A DNA stretch of 64,000 bases, from the IMG/VR virus record IMGVR_UViG_3300009502_000019, one strand, 5' to 3'. Below the pieces are notes generated by a model. The model made no database searches, was not told the origin of the DNA, and saw only the letters and a program-made list of their open reading frames with translations. The stretch comes from a virus. Taxonomy: Duplodnaviria > Heunggongvirae > Uroviricota > Caudoviricetes. A program made the translations under genes and the position numbers. Of this stretch, positions 1-10,810 are shown piece by piece; within the stretch, counting starts at the first letter, position 1, and each line of letters starts with the position of its first letter.

Positions 1-839
<839 letters not shown>

Positions 840-1017
840 TTATTACCACTCGTTGGCTTTATGCCCGAATAGGGCTTCCCACATACTTGGTGATTTGTTA
901 CTTTGAGTCTGCGTTATTGATATCCTTTGGTTCTTCAAAAGCTCAGCGATCTCACAAAGCTTGAGTGCTGTAAGCTTCTGCCTTCCCTCCTCAGTCTTGA
1001 GCATTTCCTCAACTTCT

Positions 1018-1320
1018 TTAGAGATTTTCATTCTGTTTCCGTATTGCAATAATGTTGTTCTCGCCCATGATAACAACGCTGTCCATGCCCTTAACAGCCA
1101 CAGGAGTGTAATACTTACTGAACAAAACCTTGTCACCAACATTCACCACAACCGGCTTAACACTACCGTCTTCCATATCAACACCCGGACCAACTGCAAG
1201 CACATCACCTTCTGACGGCTTTTCTCTTGTAGTCTCAGGCATGAATATGCCTCCGGCGGATGTCTCTTCCGCCTTGTCCATCTTGATTACTACATTGTCG
1301 CGTAACGGTATTAGGTTCAT
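1018..1320 (-). CDS. groS: Co-chaperonin GroES (Cpn10)
   Basis: 100 aa, MNLIPLRDNVVIKMDKAEETSAGGIFMPETTREKPSEGDVLAVGPG..., typical GroES mobile-loop and roof motifs. Immediately upstream of groEL on the same strand (groES-groEL order). Confidence 0.85.
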   Translation of the reverse strand: MNLIPLRDNVVIKMDKAEETSAGGIFMPETTREKPSEGDVLAVGPGVDMEDGSVKPVVVNVGDKVLFSKYYTPVAVKGMDSVVIMGENNIIAIRKQNENL

Positions 1321-1342
1321 TACTTCTTCCTCCCTTGTTTGG

Positions 1343-1987
1343 TTAGTCCCAAAGACTTTGGTAATATTTTATAAATAGCTGCATCCCTTCGTTGTACTTG
1401 TCGTCCTCTTCCTTGTTCATCAAGTGGACCTCCGGATACTTCTGCGACCACGGATTATCCCCATACTCAAGCAAGTGGACCTCTGGAGCATCTGGATGGG
1501 GCGTCCAAAATTCAGACTTACCATTCTCGGCATCGACAAGACACTGGAATGAGTAGATCATCTTGTCCATGATATCGTCCCAACGCTTCTGGCCGACTTC
1601 AAACGGCTCCGCGTCATTTATGCATCCGCATGGAACACCATGCTTGTTGATCTTTAGCCACTTGAGCATCCCGAGCGTCACGGACGATATGTGGTAGTAA
1701 GCCCCCCAAGCATCCTGGTTCGACCATCCCCTGATGCCACGTTGGATGAAGTACTTGATCTGGAAAGGAACGTCACTAAACCAACGCCAGAACCTACAGG
1801 ACGGATAGTAGACATTAGTCTTAAGCCACGCGAGAATAGGGTGCTTCCTTTTCCATTCCGCGTGGATAGCGTCCCACTCCTCGCTAGTCTTAACGCCCAG
1901 ATACGGATCGGGAGGCTTTGGCCTACGTGCCACTTCCTCAGGGCTAGCTGCTTTAAACACCGGCTCAGCACCATCACTCATCATCAA
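1343..1987 (-). CDS. Hypothetical protein; N-terminus carries the shared AASxEEVARRPKPP motif
   Basis: 214 aa ORF in the gene-dense minus-strand block. N-terminal PVFKAASPEEVARRPKPPDPY is shared with ORF 34636-34959. Confidence 0.5.
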   Translation of the reverse strand: MMMSDGAEPVFKAASPEEVARRPKPPDPYLGVKTSEEWDAIHAEWKRKHPILAWLKTNVYYPSCRFWRWFSDVPFQIKYFIQRGIRGWSNQDAWGAYYHISSVTLGMLKWLKINKHGVPCGCINDAEPFEVGQKRWDDIMDKMIYSFQCLVDAENGKSEFWTPHPDAPEVHLLEYGDNPWSQKYPEVHLMNKEEDDKYNEGMQLFIKYYQSLWD

Positions 1988-2303
1988 GGTAGTCCTCTTC
2001 GTCCAGCTCTCCGTGCATTGCCTGTTTTACGTCCACTATCTTAGGCTTACCTGACAGTTTTTCAGAGTGGCAGAGCCCGCATCGCGGATTTCCGCAGTCG
2101 TAAGGATGATGCTTACGCAGTCTTCCGGGCTCTGCCGCTATCTGCTCGTAGTAGGTCTTACCCGAGCTGTCTCTGAGCTTATTGTCGCGTTGTTTAACCA
2201 ATTTTAAACGCTTCGTTATTACCCGCTTATCCTGGTCCCTGCGATAGGCGCGATCCTTCATATCCTCTATCTCCCCTGAAGTAAGGTTTACAATCTTTTT
2301 CAT
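1974..2303 (-). CDS. Hypothetical basic protein
   Basis: 109 aa ORF, tightly packed between neighbouring genes. Confidence 0.4.
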   Translation of the reverse strand: MKKIVNLTSGEIEDMKDRAYRRDQDKRVITKRLKLVKQRDNKLRDSSGKTYYEQIAAEPGRLRKHHPYDCGNPRCGLCHSEKLSGKPKIVDVKQAMHGELDEEDYLDDE

Positions 2304-2717
2304 CTATTCCTTTATTGTAGCCAGAACATCAAGCACGTTCATCATGTCCACTGTATGTTTCTTACCGGACGAGTCCGCTACCTCAAGCTGCCATGGAACG
2401 TTCTTGTCGTAAGACAAAATGTCTCCGGGGGCAACCTTGGTCTTAACAAACTTCTTAGTCCTCTGCTCTATGCAGCCTCCTCCAGTGGACATAACCATAC
2501 AAACAGTGTCCTTAAACGTAGGCCGCAAATTCTCGGGGATATGAATCAATCCGTGAGTCTCCGGAACAGGCTTTGGCCACACCATTATTACCCCATTCAC
2601 AGCCTGGATCGGGAACGTCAACATCCCACAGGCACTGCACTTAAACGGAACTCCGTACTGCTTAACTTTTTCGATCATAATGCCGTCGGGCTCAAGACCA
2701 CACACGTTACATTTCAT
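2304..2717 (-). CDS. Hypothetical zinc-ribbon protein
   Basis: 137 aa. N-terminal CxxC...CxxC pairs (CNVCG...CSACG). Abuts the neighbouring genes with no gap. Confidence 0.5.
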   Translation of the reverse strand: MKCNVCGLEPDGIMIEKVKQYGVPFKCSACGMLTFPIQAVNGVIMVWPKPVPETHGLIHIPENLRPTFKDTVCMVMSTGGGCIEQRTKKFVKTKVAPGDILSYDKNVPWQLEVADSSGKKHTVDMMNVLDVLATIKE

Positions 2718-2869
2718 TTTGCTTCTCTCCCTCTAGGTGGTGTCTGCAAATAAAAATGTTACCAAGATTTGGATCCACTACCATTACACTGTGACCAGCA
2801 ATGAACTTGCCACAAAGCGGGCACAAGTCCTTCATAATCCGCTCTTTGGCAAGTTCAAGGCTAGTCATA

Positions 2870-3964
2870 CTATTTTTCCTTCAACCCATTCAAGTCGATC
2901 GCGTAAAAGAAAGTCATTATGCGGTCATCTGTAACCCCCCAGACACACTGAGTGGGCTCTGAGTACTTAGCCATGGACTCTGAAAGTCCGTCCCCCCCTA
3001 CAGTAGACCCTCCACGAAATACTCTGACACCATCAACGTCATCTACCGAGAAGTGATGAAAATGACCGTAGACAACTGCCTTTGCTTCGTTGGCCCGCGC
3101 CCACGCGTTAAACTTAACGCGTCCGGAAGGTGTCCCACCCTGCTCCGGGGCCCTGTGCATTGCTAGGTAGTTGTGCCCGCGGATCTTGAAGTTAAGAGCC
3201 TCGGTGTTTTCTGCATAATCTACTATAACCTTATTCGACAGCTTTTGTGTTTCAACCCAGAAATCCAAGATCTTGTAGATCATTATGTCCCAGTTTGAGG
3301 TGGGATCAGTCTCCTTGCCGGTCCTACCGTGGTTCCCACGAACACCGTAGAAGCTAACCGGGAGCTTCCTGTCCACAAATGCAAGCATCAGCTGTATGAG
3401 CACATCCACACAAAGCATTACCTGCTTTGGAGGCGGCATCTCTTGCTCGTAAGCCTGGGTGGCGTAAATGTCTTCGCCATTAGTTAGATCCCCGGTCGCT
3501 ATAATAACAACGTCAGTGATCGGAACTCCCTTACTGATATTGTTATCAAGTATCTTGAGGATATTCAAACAGAGGTGCTCGATCCTGTTACGAAAAATAT
3601 TTTCGTCGTATATTGTACCATCCTGGTCCTTGACTATTTTTCCAGCGTGAAAGTCCGTTAGGTGTACTACCAACGTGTCACCATTTTTAGGCGGCTTCCT
3701 ATCCTTTCTCTTAAGCTTATATGACTTAAGAGACTTCAGATGCTCGTTCATCTTGTCAATAAAACTAGACTCTTCCTCGTTCATGCCTTGATATGACTCC
3801 TGGCTCTTACACTCTCTCTGACACTTCGGTCTAGTACCACGTGTCTGATGCTCAACTGATCCTATTGTCCTGCCCATAATCCTTGCTATGGAGGAGTCGT
3901 TGTGCCCATCCCTAATCAACCGGTCCAACTGCTCTAAGTCCTGTGTTCCCCATTCTTTAGCCAT
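2870..3964 (-). CDS. Calcineurin-like metallophosphoesterase with N-terminal HTH region
   Basis: 364 aa. Motifs VHLTDFHAG, GDLTNGED, GNHG and GHFHH match the MPE D-x-H / GD / GNH(D/E) / GH-x-H signature. The N-terminus has an HTH-like SSIARIMGRTIGSV segment. Confidence 0.7.
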   Translation of the reverse strand: MAKEWGTQDLEQLDRLIRDGHNDSSIARIMGRTIGSVEHQTRGTRPKCQRECKSQESYQGMNEEESSFIDKMNEHLKSLKSYKLKRKDRKPPKNGDTLVVHLTDFHAGKIVKDQDGTIYDENIFRNRIEHLCLNILKILDNNISKGVPITDVVIIATGDLTNGEDIYATQAYEQEMPPPKQVMLCVDVLIQLMLAFVDRKLPVSFYGVRGNHGRTGKETDPTSNWDIMIYKILDFWVETQKLSNKVIVDYAENTEALNFKIRGHNYLAMHRAPEQGGTPSGRVKFNAWARANEAKAVVYGHFHHFSVDDVDGVRVFRGGSTVGGDGLSESMAKYSEPTQCVWGVTDDRIMTFFYAIDLNGLKEK

Positions 3965-3977
3965 ACTGCCGTCTCCC

Positions 3978-4493
3978 TTATTTTAGGCAGCACTTTTTGT
4001 GTTTTTTACCAGAACCACATGGACAAAGATCATTACGTCCAACCTTGTAAGCAGGCTTCGAAGCTCTGTCAAAGAGTGTCACCCCGTCAAGATGGTCACA
4101 TTCGTGCTGTAGTATAAAAGCCTCCATGCCGTAAAAGATTGCACGACGGCTCTCACCACTATCAAAGTCAAGCCACGAACATGTGACTTGCATGTACCGG
4201 TCCGTGCTCAAACGGACTCCGGGGAAGCTCAAGCAACCTTCGTTTTCACTAACAGTCGGAAAATGGGTTGCCTCTATCTTCGGATTGACCATGTTGACAA
4301 ATAAGCCGAGCTCCAGTTTCACAACACAAGCCCTAACGTCCAATCCGATTTGATTCGCGGAGAGCCCTACTCCTGGAACAGGGCTCTCCGCTAGTTCGCT
4401 AGATAGCTTTGAAAACACGTCAAGAGACTTACACTCTTCAATAGTGGTCTCCCTACATGGTATTGTAAGCTTCTCGCGATCCTGAACTATCAT
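3978..4493 (-). CDS. def: Peptide deformylase with C-terminal SEC-C zinc motif
   Basis: 171 aa. The three PDF motifs are present: [16 protein letters not shown] and HECDHLDG. C-terminal [13 protein letters not shown] is a SEC-C metal-binding tail. Confidence 0.85.
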   Translation of the reverse strand: MIVQDREKLTIPCRETTIEECKSLDVFSKLSSELAESPVPGVGLSANQIGLDVRACVVKLELGLFVNMVNPKIEATHFPTVSENEGCLSFPGVRLSTDRYMQVTCSWLDFDSGESRRAIFYGMEAFILQHECDHLDGVTLFDRASKPAYKVGRNDLCPCGSGKKHKKCCLK

Positions 4494-4497
4494 GGGG

Positions 4498-4947
4498 CTA
4501 CTTACCTGGAGTTTCTTCTGGAAGTTTCGGATATCTCTTCAACGGATCGTCAATGAGAGCTGGAGAGGCATCTGGCGGAAGATCATCCTCAATGAAATCT
4601 TCCATAGTAACGATCTGAGTGGGTGTAAGACGAACGCCAGCGTCAGAGAGCTTGCTTAACGGGAGCTTCCACAGATCGAGCTCAACCTCGTTTGCAAGAA
4701 CGTCTCCATACTCCTTCTCGAACACTTCCATGTTTTCTTTCGTAACCTGCATACCACCGCTCTTCTCGTCAGGAGCACCATACTTGCGGATAAGATCCAT
4801 TCTGACCTTTTCCACGTCTTCCATCTCTGAGGCGATCTTCTTCAAGTTCCTACTAACCGCATACGCCAACTTAATGGGCATCTGTGCTTGCATAATGGCG
4901 ATAAATCCAGACTGCGCCCCCTTAATTGTTCCTAGTTTCACTTTCAT
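4498..4947 (-). CDS. Hypothetical protein with C-terminal PLKRYPKLP motif
   Basis: 149 aa. The C-terminal tail [17 protein letters not shown] matches motifs in the RecA-like and SSB-like proteins. Confidence 0.5.
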   Translation of the reverse strand: MKVKLGTIKGAQSGFIAIMQAQMPIKLAYAVSRNLKKIASEMEDVEKVRMDLIRKYGAPDEKSGGMQVTKENMEVFEKEYGDVLANEVELDLWKLPLSKLSDAGVRLTPTQIVTMEDFIEDDLPPDASPALIDDPLKRYPKLPEETPGK

Positions 4948-4960
4948 TTTCTAACCTCCG

Positions 4961-5167
4961 TTATATTTTGTCTGGGATATATTCACCGGCCATATCCCTT
5001 AAGCCGTCAAAACCAAGAAGCAGCCATCTCTGCTCAACGTTCAGCAGGTCAAACCTGTCTTCCTTAACCTTAATGTAATCGAGTATATGCTGAAGCTCCG
5101 CGAGATCACTCGCAATAACCTCTACCTGCTCATCATTAGTGCTGTCGTCAAGAGTAACGATCCACAT
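4961..5167 (-). CDS. Hypothetical acidic small protein
   Basis: 68 aa ORF in an operon-like array. Confidence 0.35.
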   Translation of the reverse strand: MWIVTLDDSTNDEQVEVIASDLAELQHILDYIKVKEDRFDLLNVEQRWLLLGFDGLRDMAGEYIPDKI

Positions 5168-5342
5168 AACTAGTCCTTTCGCTTAACCCTTATCCTGCGG
5201 CCGTTCTTACTGAGCTTGTATCCATTCTGGTAAAGGCATATTTGATAGTAGATGCACCGCGGCTGCCCAAACCCTCCTGAACATACCAACGGGTTTCTCG
5301 TAACCACCACGTTGGTTATGTAATGACCAGCAGCACAGTCGT

Positions 5343-5993
5343 TCATATGAAATCACAGGTGCAGTCATACTTAGCTTCAACATCTAAGGCGAACTTATCA
5401 ACCTTTTCCCGTTCTTCCTCCGTAAGGCCCATAAAATACACCACAATGCGCCCAAACTTTTCCTTCATCTGAATAACCTTGTTCTCCTTCTTAGCCAGTG
5501 GGGCGCCCCAGTTCTTAACGACCTCATGATCAGGGTTACTCTCCACACAAAACCCTGTCTTAATGCTTCCCTTAGAGATGTGCATAAGCCCACTTTTACG
5601 AAGCCACTTCTCTACATCATCAAAGATCTTGTCATACCACTTACCAACCTGCCCACGCATCCTGTTATAAATTTTGCTGTCAATCACCAGACGCTCGTAG
5701 TCGTCTGACTTGTACCCGAGCGCCTTAAGCTCGTTAGACTTATCCTCTGACCTGACCCACTCTGACAGGTAGTACTCCTCTCCAGCATCATCAACACCCT
5801 GCAAAACTTTCCCGTCGTTATCCCGCATTGAGAGCCTGTGAATAATATCACCGTGCTTAAACTCCCCGTCGTCCCCGTTCTCGCTGAACAGCAAAACATC
5901 CCTACTGGGTATGTACTTCTTCTTGACCCAACCATCCACCATCTTGTCCGAGACTATTGACACCCAGAACCCAAAATCAACTTGTGTGCTCAT
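5343..5993 (-). CDS. Hypothetical protein
   Basis: 216 aa ORF; no recognisable motif. Confidence 0.5.
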   Translation of the reverse strand: MSTQVDFGFWVSIVSDKMVDGWVKKKYIPSRDVLLFSENGDDGEFKHGDIIHRLSMRDNDGKVLQGVDDAGEEYYLSEWVRSEDKSNELKALGYKSDDYERLVIDSKIYNRMRGQVGKWYDKIFDDVEKWLRKSGLMHISKGSIKTGFCVESNPDHEVVKNWGAPLAKKENKVIQMKEKFGRIVVYFMGLTEEEREKVDKFALDVEAKYDCTCDFI

Positions 5994-6247
5994 TTCTGCT
6001 CCTCCTCAAGTTCAAATACAAGCTTGTGGGGGCTATGCGGACGACTGGCACCCTTAATAATAACCTCGCCATCATTGCACGCCTCACACACTTCAACCAA
6101 ACGTGCTTCCTTTGGAACGTTAGCCAAATCAGCCATCAAGTCCATAGCACGCGTATTGTTATAAAATTCAATGATATGCTTAGTCCTAACTATTCGCATC
6201 GTCAAATCCTTCTTGTAGCTCACTTTACCCTCCGATCTTTTCGGCAA
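5990..6247 (-). CDS. Hypothetical protein
   Basis: 85 aa ORF overlapping the upstream gene's stop by 4 nt, suggesting translational coupling. Confidence 0.4.
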   Translation of the reverse strand: MPKRSEGKVSYKKDLTMRIVRTKHIIEFYNNTRAMDLMADLANVPKEARLVEVCEACNDGEVIIKGASRPHSPHKLVFELEEEQK

Positions 6248-6383
6248 ACATTACTGCTGCAGATCTCTAGATACTTTGTACACAGCAAAATAGTTTCTGG
6301 GTACGTCCCGTAAACATTACTTATCTCCTTACGGGTTCCGTTATCCGCGCACTCTCTAAGCTGTGTAACAAACGGCTTGTGAC

Positions 6384-6908
6384 TCATTTTAGCCATTGAG
6401 CACCACCAAACCTTCTACCATACTCGGCCAGTAGAAGCCCATCTGCGTCATCGAACCCCGTAAAGTCAATCTTCGGAAACGTCCGCTTTCCCACAGCTAA
6501 AGAAGCCTTCTTGAGCTCCGGGCCCTTGAGCCCTTCCGGAAGCATCTTCTTCTGCCACTCCTTACTATCAACGACACGATACCCAATCTTAAGACGCTCA
6601 ATAACAATCAGAGTGGCCTCATACGACCGAACAGCGGACTCAGTGGCCTTAAACCGTGTTGGGTTCACCATGGGCCGCTCCAGAAGCACAAAAGCCGGCA
6701 AAAGAACCTTGTTCACAGACAAAGCATAGTCAAGTATCTTCGTAAAAGCAGCCTCAAGAGCCGGCGTGTCAATTCGTGTAAAATACTGCTTCTGCTTTGT
6801 ATAGTGCAGGAGCTTCATAGTAGGAGTGCGACACAAGTGTGCCTCGCCGTTATCGTACACAGCACCAATTTGTCCAGAAATTCCATTGTCGATCCCGATA
6901 ATGGTCAT
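6384..6908 (-). CDS. RuvC-like Holliday junction resolvase (phage type)
   Basis: 174 aa. N-terminal IIGIDNGISG (catalytic Asp) and C-terminal DDADGLLLAEYG match the RuvC/RNase H-fold resolvase pattern seen in lactococcal-phage-type RuvC. Confidence 0.7.
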   Translation of the reverse strand: MTIIGIDNGISGQIGAVYDNGEAHLCRTPTMKLLHYTKQKQYFTRIDTPALEAAFTKILDYALSVNKVLLPAFVLLERPMVNPTRFKATESAVRSYEATLIVIERLKIGYRVVDSKEWQKKMLPEGLKGPELKKASLAVGKRTFPKIDFTGFDDADGLLLAEYGRRFGGAQWLK

Positions 6909-9850
6909 GAATCTCTCCTGACGTTCAGCGTGCTAATGCCATGTTCCTTCTTGACCACCCACACCTGATCGGCATAGCTACTAAGATTAAGCGCATGATC
7001 TATTACAAACACATTGCGGCTCTTACCCTCGCTGTAGAGTAGATCCGCCACAGACTCCTCGCCTGATCTGTCCAAAAACGAAAACACCTCATCAAGAATA
7101 ACAATTCCAAGTATACCAGATGGTACCTGGTACTTCTCTGACACGAACTTATTTAGGCCAAAACACAGCGATACATCAACGCGTCTCTTCTCTCCGCCTG
7201 ACAACGCCTCATACTTAGTCTCGTTGCCATTAAGACGAATAAGCATCCCGATCTTGTTACGCTCCTCACCGGCCTTAGTGGTCTTAGTCGGAGTCATCAT
7301 GATGCTCATGGTCCCGCCACTCACCGTAGACAAATACCCGTTAATAGTCGCATTAATATCATTGCAGAACCTGTCCAGAAGAACCGACCGGATGCCCTTT
7401 GGTGAGAAGGCTGTCTTCCAGAAAGAAAGCTTCTCGATCTTCTCCTCGGACTGTCTGATACGCGTACTGAATCTGCCCATAACTTCTTCAAGTATTTTGA
7501 TGGCCTCTTCTTTATCGTCCCTGTCTACTGTAAGCCCATGCTTCTCCTTGCGGATACCGTCAGCGCGTACCGAATACTCGTCTATAAATGACTTATGTCG
7601 CTCAATTTCACCACGCATACGTTCTTGTGCCATCTCGAGCTCGTGCTGCTTCGACAGCTGCTCTGTCTTTAGGCGGTTAAGCCTGGACAGCTCTGGACCG
7701 ATCTCAGACTCCTGCGCCTTGAAGCCGTCCTCCTTTGCGTCAAGCTGAACTAGCCTAAGCATTACATCTTTTAAAGCAGCTTCCTTACCCTTTAACTCCG
7801 CCTCAATAACAGTCCTGTCAGCATCGATCTGAACAAGATCGGACTCCTTGTCATTGATAAAAGAGTCCACGCTGTCCTCTGACACTGTGGATCCGCACTT
7901 GTCACAGCGGACACCTACCTGTGCCCCTCTGAGAACGTTTATCTCGCTCTCAATCTTCTTCCTAGACGCTTTCAAAGAGTCGAGCTCCACCTTCAAAACA
8001 ACCATTTTAGCAGAGCAGTCCCCCTGCTCCTTATGAACTAAGTCAACCGTCTCACGGATAGCCTCAAGCTTCTTGTGGATAGTTTCCTTAGCCTCCTCTG
8101 TCTCTCGTATCTTTGAGTCGTAATCAACCTTCTCAAAGGAAAGCTTGACAACCCCGTTAGACTTAAGCTCAGCGATCCCGTCTTTGTGTGTATCTATCGC
8201 TGCCAGGCACTCCTTAACTTTGTGCGCCTTTTCTTCGATAGCCCTCAGAACCCCATCAAGAACTGCCCGGGCTACGGCAAGGTCCTTCTCGGACTCAGTC
8301 TTAGCCCGCTCGTCCTTTAATATGTCCCCGCTTATCTTGGTCGTCTTCTGAAGAACCAGCTCCTGCAAGTCGTCATACTGATCAAACCCAAGAAGGTCCG
8401 TTATCATGCTCGTCTTCTCGGTGTCAGACATCTTAGCCATCATAAGGAGATTTTCCTGGCTAAAGTATACTGACGACAGGAACACGCTCTTATCGAACCC
8501 AAGAATGCCCTCCAGTAGCTCCTGAGCCTGCTTCTGGAGCATCCCCTCGGTAGGGAGCTTCGCCTGACCATTCTCGATAACCATGACTGACAAACCGCTC
8601 TTGCGACTTCTCTTAACGATCACATTTGAACCTCCAGCGTCAAGAAGAAGTTCAACAGAGCAGTCGTTCTGACCATTTCGTATAACATCATCTCCAGTAA
8701 GTCCCTTTGTGGTCTCCCCAAATAGGGCCCAGCATATTGACTCGCCTATTATGGAGCTCTTGCCACTCCCATTACTGCTAAACCCATCCGACTCTCCAGT
8801 AATGAGCGTGAAGCCACTCTCCGGAACCTTGTACTCCGCGGACTGAATGGACAAAAAATCTTGAATGGAAACCTTAGCCAGCCTTCCCTTGTAAAAGCTC
8901 TTCACAAACGACATCTTCTCATCCAAGATGTCCTTAACAAGATCAAAATATGTGTCGTCTTTTCCGTTGAGCTCTATCCACTCGTGCACTATCCCATGAA
9001 AGTCCTGCGCCTTGATCCGCTCCTTGAATGTGTCTGGAGTAACCACAGATATCACGTTCTCGTTTTCTATCTTTAGTCTGGTTCCGAACAACTTGTAGTA
9101 GTTCCCATCATCCTTAATGTCTTCAGGGCTGTTGACAGTGATGAACTCTGGGTAATCAAGCTTGTGGAAGGTGCAGGTGCCCTCGTCCGTGTCGACCGTC
9201 CATACCCCGCGGCGCCCGTCATCTCCGAATGTAAATGGCATCGGAGCTCCAATGATGAAGCAGTTCTCGCTTAGCTTCTGCATTTGGTGGATATGCCCAA
9301 ACGCTACAAATTTATTTTGGGAGGCCAGCCGGCGCCAGTTAGTTCCCTCGCCAAAGGTGTAATTACCCAACTGAGCGCCGACTGGAGTCTTATGAACAAC
9401 AACTAGATCATACCCCTTGACCTTCTCGTAATCGATCTCGTCCTGAAAATTGATCAGACACAGCTTTCCCTTACCGAGACATTCTGCATTAGGGAAGTCG
9501 AGTGGAAATGTTGCCCGGAACCCTTCAAGTATGTTCGTGAGCAGGTGGTGATCTTTTGGTGCAGTTCTTATAGGTGTGTCGTGATTGCCGCAGACAAAGA
9601 GTATCGGTGTTTCAAAACTTCCAAGAAGGTCCTTGCTTAGGTTGAGAACCTCGTTACTAATAGTGCCGACTGAATGCCCCCAGTCGCCACCATGAATAAT
9701 ACAATCGACCCGCTCTCTCTTAAAAACAGATACTGCCTGAAGAAAATTATCCCGCTGCTTTAAGAGTCTCTTTGAGATCCTGTTCTCGTGACATTGGCCG
9801 AACGCTTGCCAATTCTGAAAATGGGTGTCCGATACAAGACCAAAACGCAC
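6905..9850 (-). CDS. Fused SbcD(Mre11)-SbcC(Rad50) nuclease-ATPase, single polypeptide
   Basis: 981 aa. N-terminal MPE motifs DTHF, GGDWGHS, GNHD and GHIHQ. Then Walker A GSGKSS, long coiled coils with a CDKCGS zinc-hook CxxC, ABC signature LSGGEKRRV, Walker B ILDEVFSFLD and an H-loop VIDHA. Confidence 0.85.
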   Translation of the reverse strand: MRFGLVSDTHFQNWQAFGQCHENRISKRLLKQRDNFLQAVSVFKRERVDCIIHGGDWGHSVGTISNEVLNLSKDLLGSFETPILFVCGNHDTPIRTAPKDHHLLTNILEGFRATFPLDFPNAECLGKGKLCLINFQDEIDYEKVKGYDLVVVHKTPVGAQLGNYTFGEGTNWRRLASQNKFVAFGHIHQMQKLSENCFIIGAPMPFTFGDDGRRGVWTVDTDEGTCTFHKLDYPEFITVNSPEDIKDDGNYYKLFGTRLKIENENVISVVTPDTFKERIKAQDFHGIVHEWIELNGKDDTYFDLVKDILDEKMSFVKSFYKGRLAKVSIQDFLSIQSAEYKVPESGFTLITGESDGFSSNGSGKSSIIGESICWALFGETTKGLTGDDVIRNGQNDCSVELLLDAGGSNVIVKRSRKSGLSVMVIENGQAKLPTEGMLQKQAQELLEGILGFDKSVFLSSVYFSQENLLMMAKMSDTEKTSMITDLLGFDQYDDLQELVLQKTTKISGDILKDERAKTESEKDLAVARAVLDGVLRAIEEKAHKVKECLAAIDTHKDGIAELKSNGVVKLSFEKVDYDSKIRETEEAKETIHKKLEAIRETVDLVHKEQGDCSAKMVVLKVELDSLKASRKKIESEINVLRGAQVGVRCDKCGSTVSEDSVDSFINDKESDLVQIDADRTVIEAELKGKEAALKDVMLRLVQLDAKEDGFKAQESEIGPELSRLNRLKTEQLSKQHELEMAQERMRGEIERHKSFIDEYSVRADGIRKEKHGLTVDRDDKEEAIKILEEVMGRFSTRIRQSEEKIEKLSFWKTAFSPKGIRSVLLDRFCNDINATINGYLSTVSGGTMSIMMTPTKTTKAGEERNKIGMLIRLNGNETKYEALSGGEKRRVDVSLCFGLNKFVSEKYQVPSGILGIVILDEVFSFLDRSGEESVADLLYSEGKSRNVFVIDHALNLSSYADQVWVVKKEHGISTLNVRRDS

Positions 9851-9867
9851 AGCGTCCTCCGGAATCG

Positions 9868-10638
9868 TCAGGCGAAACAGTACATTTCTTTCCTGACTAC
9901 TCTCTTTATGAATTTAACGGCGTTATAAAAACTGTAATGTGCTACTTCCTTGTAATGTGCTTCATTCCTCAGTTCGTTCCACTGGAGCTTCAAGTTCACC
10001 CTGTCCAAAAACATTTGCCTTGCCAGGGAGCTCTTCTGAGCCAACAGAATAGCTGTATGTGCCACTAGATCCTGATAGTACACCTCATCAAAGGGGCGCA
10101 TCTGAATAAGCGAATCCACGAGGTCAACGTCAAGGCTGATCGTGTCAGATTGGTAGGTCTTCTTACGTCGAATGGGTGCGTCCTTGGACGGCTTTGTTTT
10201 TAATAGCCTCCCATGCTCGCGTCTTTCAGCCATCTCGTCCTCAGTCTCGGTAACGATATAGCTTTTTCCGGACGTAAACCCGTATTCAGATTTCTTTCCA
10301 TCTTTATCAACAGAGGAATATTCCAAAATACCTTCCCAATCGTTCCGCTTGCGATAAAGGAGAGCATATAGAGACCTTTTAAAACTGTTCTGCTTGTGAG
10401 CTAGCGACTCGTACACTCTTTTTTTCATATCCCACTCAAGAATGTAGGCCTCTTGGAGAAAGTCAATTACGGATCGGTGGTACACGAAGGAGTATCTTAC
10501 GATTAGCTGCAGCCACTGCTTTGTTAGCGGGAACTTTTTTTCATCTACGTGCGGGATTGTTGCATTGCCGGCAGACTCCGGCATGAGTCCGTCTATCTGG
10601 TCAGTATCTTCGTAATCTGGGGGGTACGATATTGACAT
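9868..10638 (-). CDS. Hypothetical protein
   Basis: 256 aa ORF with an AT-rich promoter-like region upstream (10639-10810). Confidence 0.5.
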   Translation of the reverse strand: MSISYPPDYEDTDQIDGLMPESAGNATIPHVDEKKFPLTKQWLQLIVRYSFVYHRSVIDFLQEAYILEWDMKKRVYESLAHKQNSFKRSLYALLYRKRNDWEGILEYSSVDKDGKKSEYGFTSGKSYIVTETEDEMAERREHGRLLKTKPSKDAPIRRKKTYQSDTISLDVDLVDSLIQMRPFDEVYYQDLVAHTAILLAQKSSLARQMFLDRVNLKLQWNELRNEAHYKEVAHYSFYNAVKFIKRVVRKEMYCFA

Positions 10639-10810
10639 TATTCTACTCGCGAATTAAAAACCTATAATAAGAATATACTAACATCTAGTCCTAAAGAAAC
10701 TAAAAAGAGTTCGCCCCCCTTCTTTGCTGCTGAATGATCAAAGTTGTGCTATGAGAATTGCGTCATGCTAGCATAAAAACCAAAAAAGTCAAGGATCTTT
10801 TTAAATATTT

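Noticed and set aside
843-1142. Minus-strand 99-aa ORF overlapping the GroES gene
   Set aside because: It overlaps the well-supported GroES frame; the translation has no features and falls in the groES-groEL spacer.
2304-2717. Possible second co-chaperonin (Cpn10-like) call for the Zn-ribbon protein
   Set aside because: The similarity to GroES is too loose to assert (no clear mobile loop or roof motifs), so it is kept as a hypothetical zinc-ribbon protein.
7224-7748. Plus-strand ORFs (7224-7748, 7848-8036, 8145-8351 and others) inside the SbcCD fusion gene
   Set aside because: They are antisense shadow ORFs of a long, well-supported minus-strand gene, with low-complexity Ser/Leu-rich translations.
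10639-10810. Putative sigma70 promoter TTGACT-N16-TAGCAT (minus strand) upstream of 9868-10638
   Set aside because: The -10 match is weak, it lacks the shared AAATAGTT box or the 45-bp element, and I could not distinguish it from chance in this AT-rich spacer.
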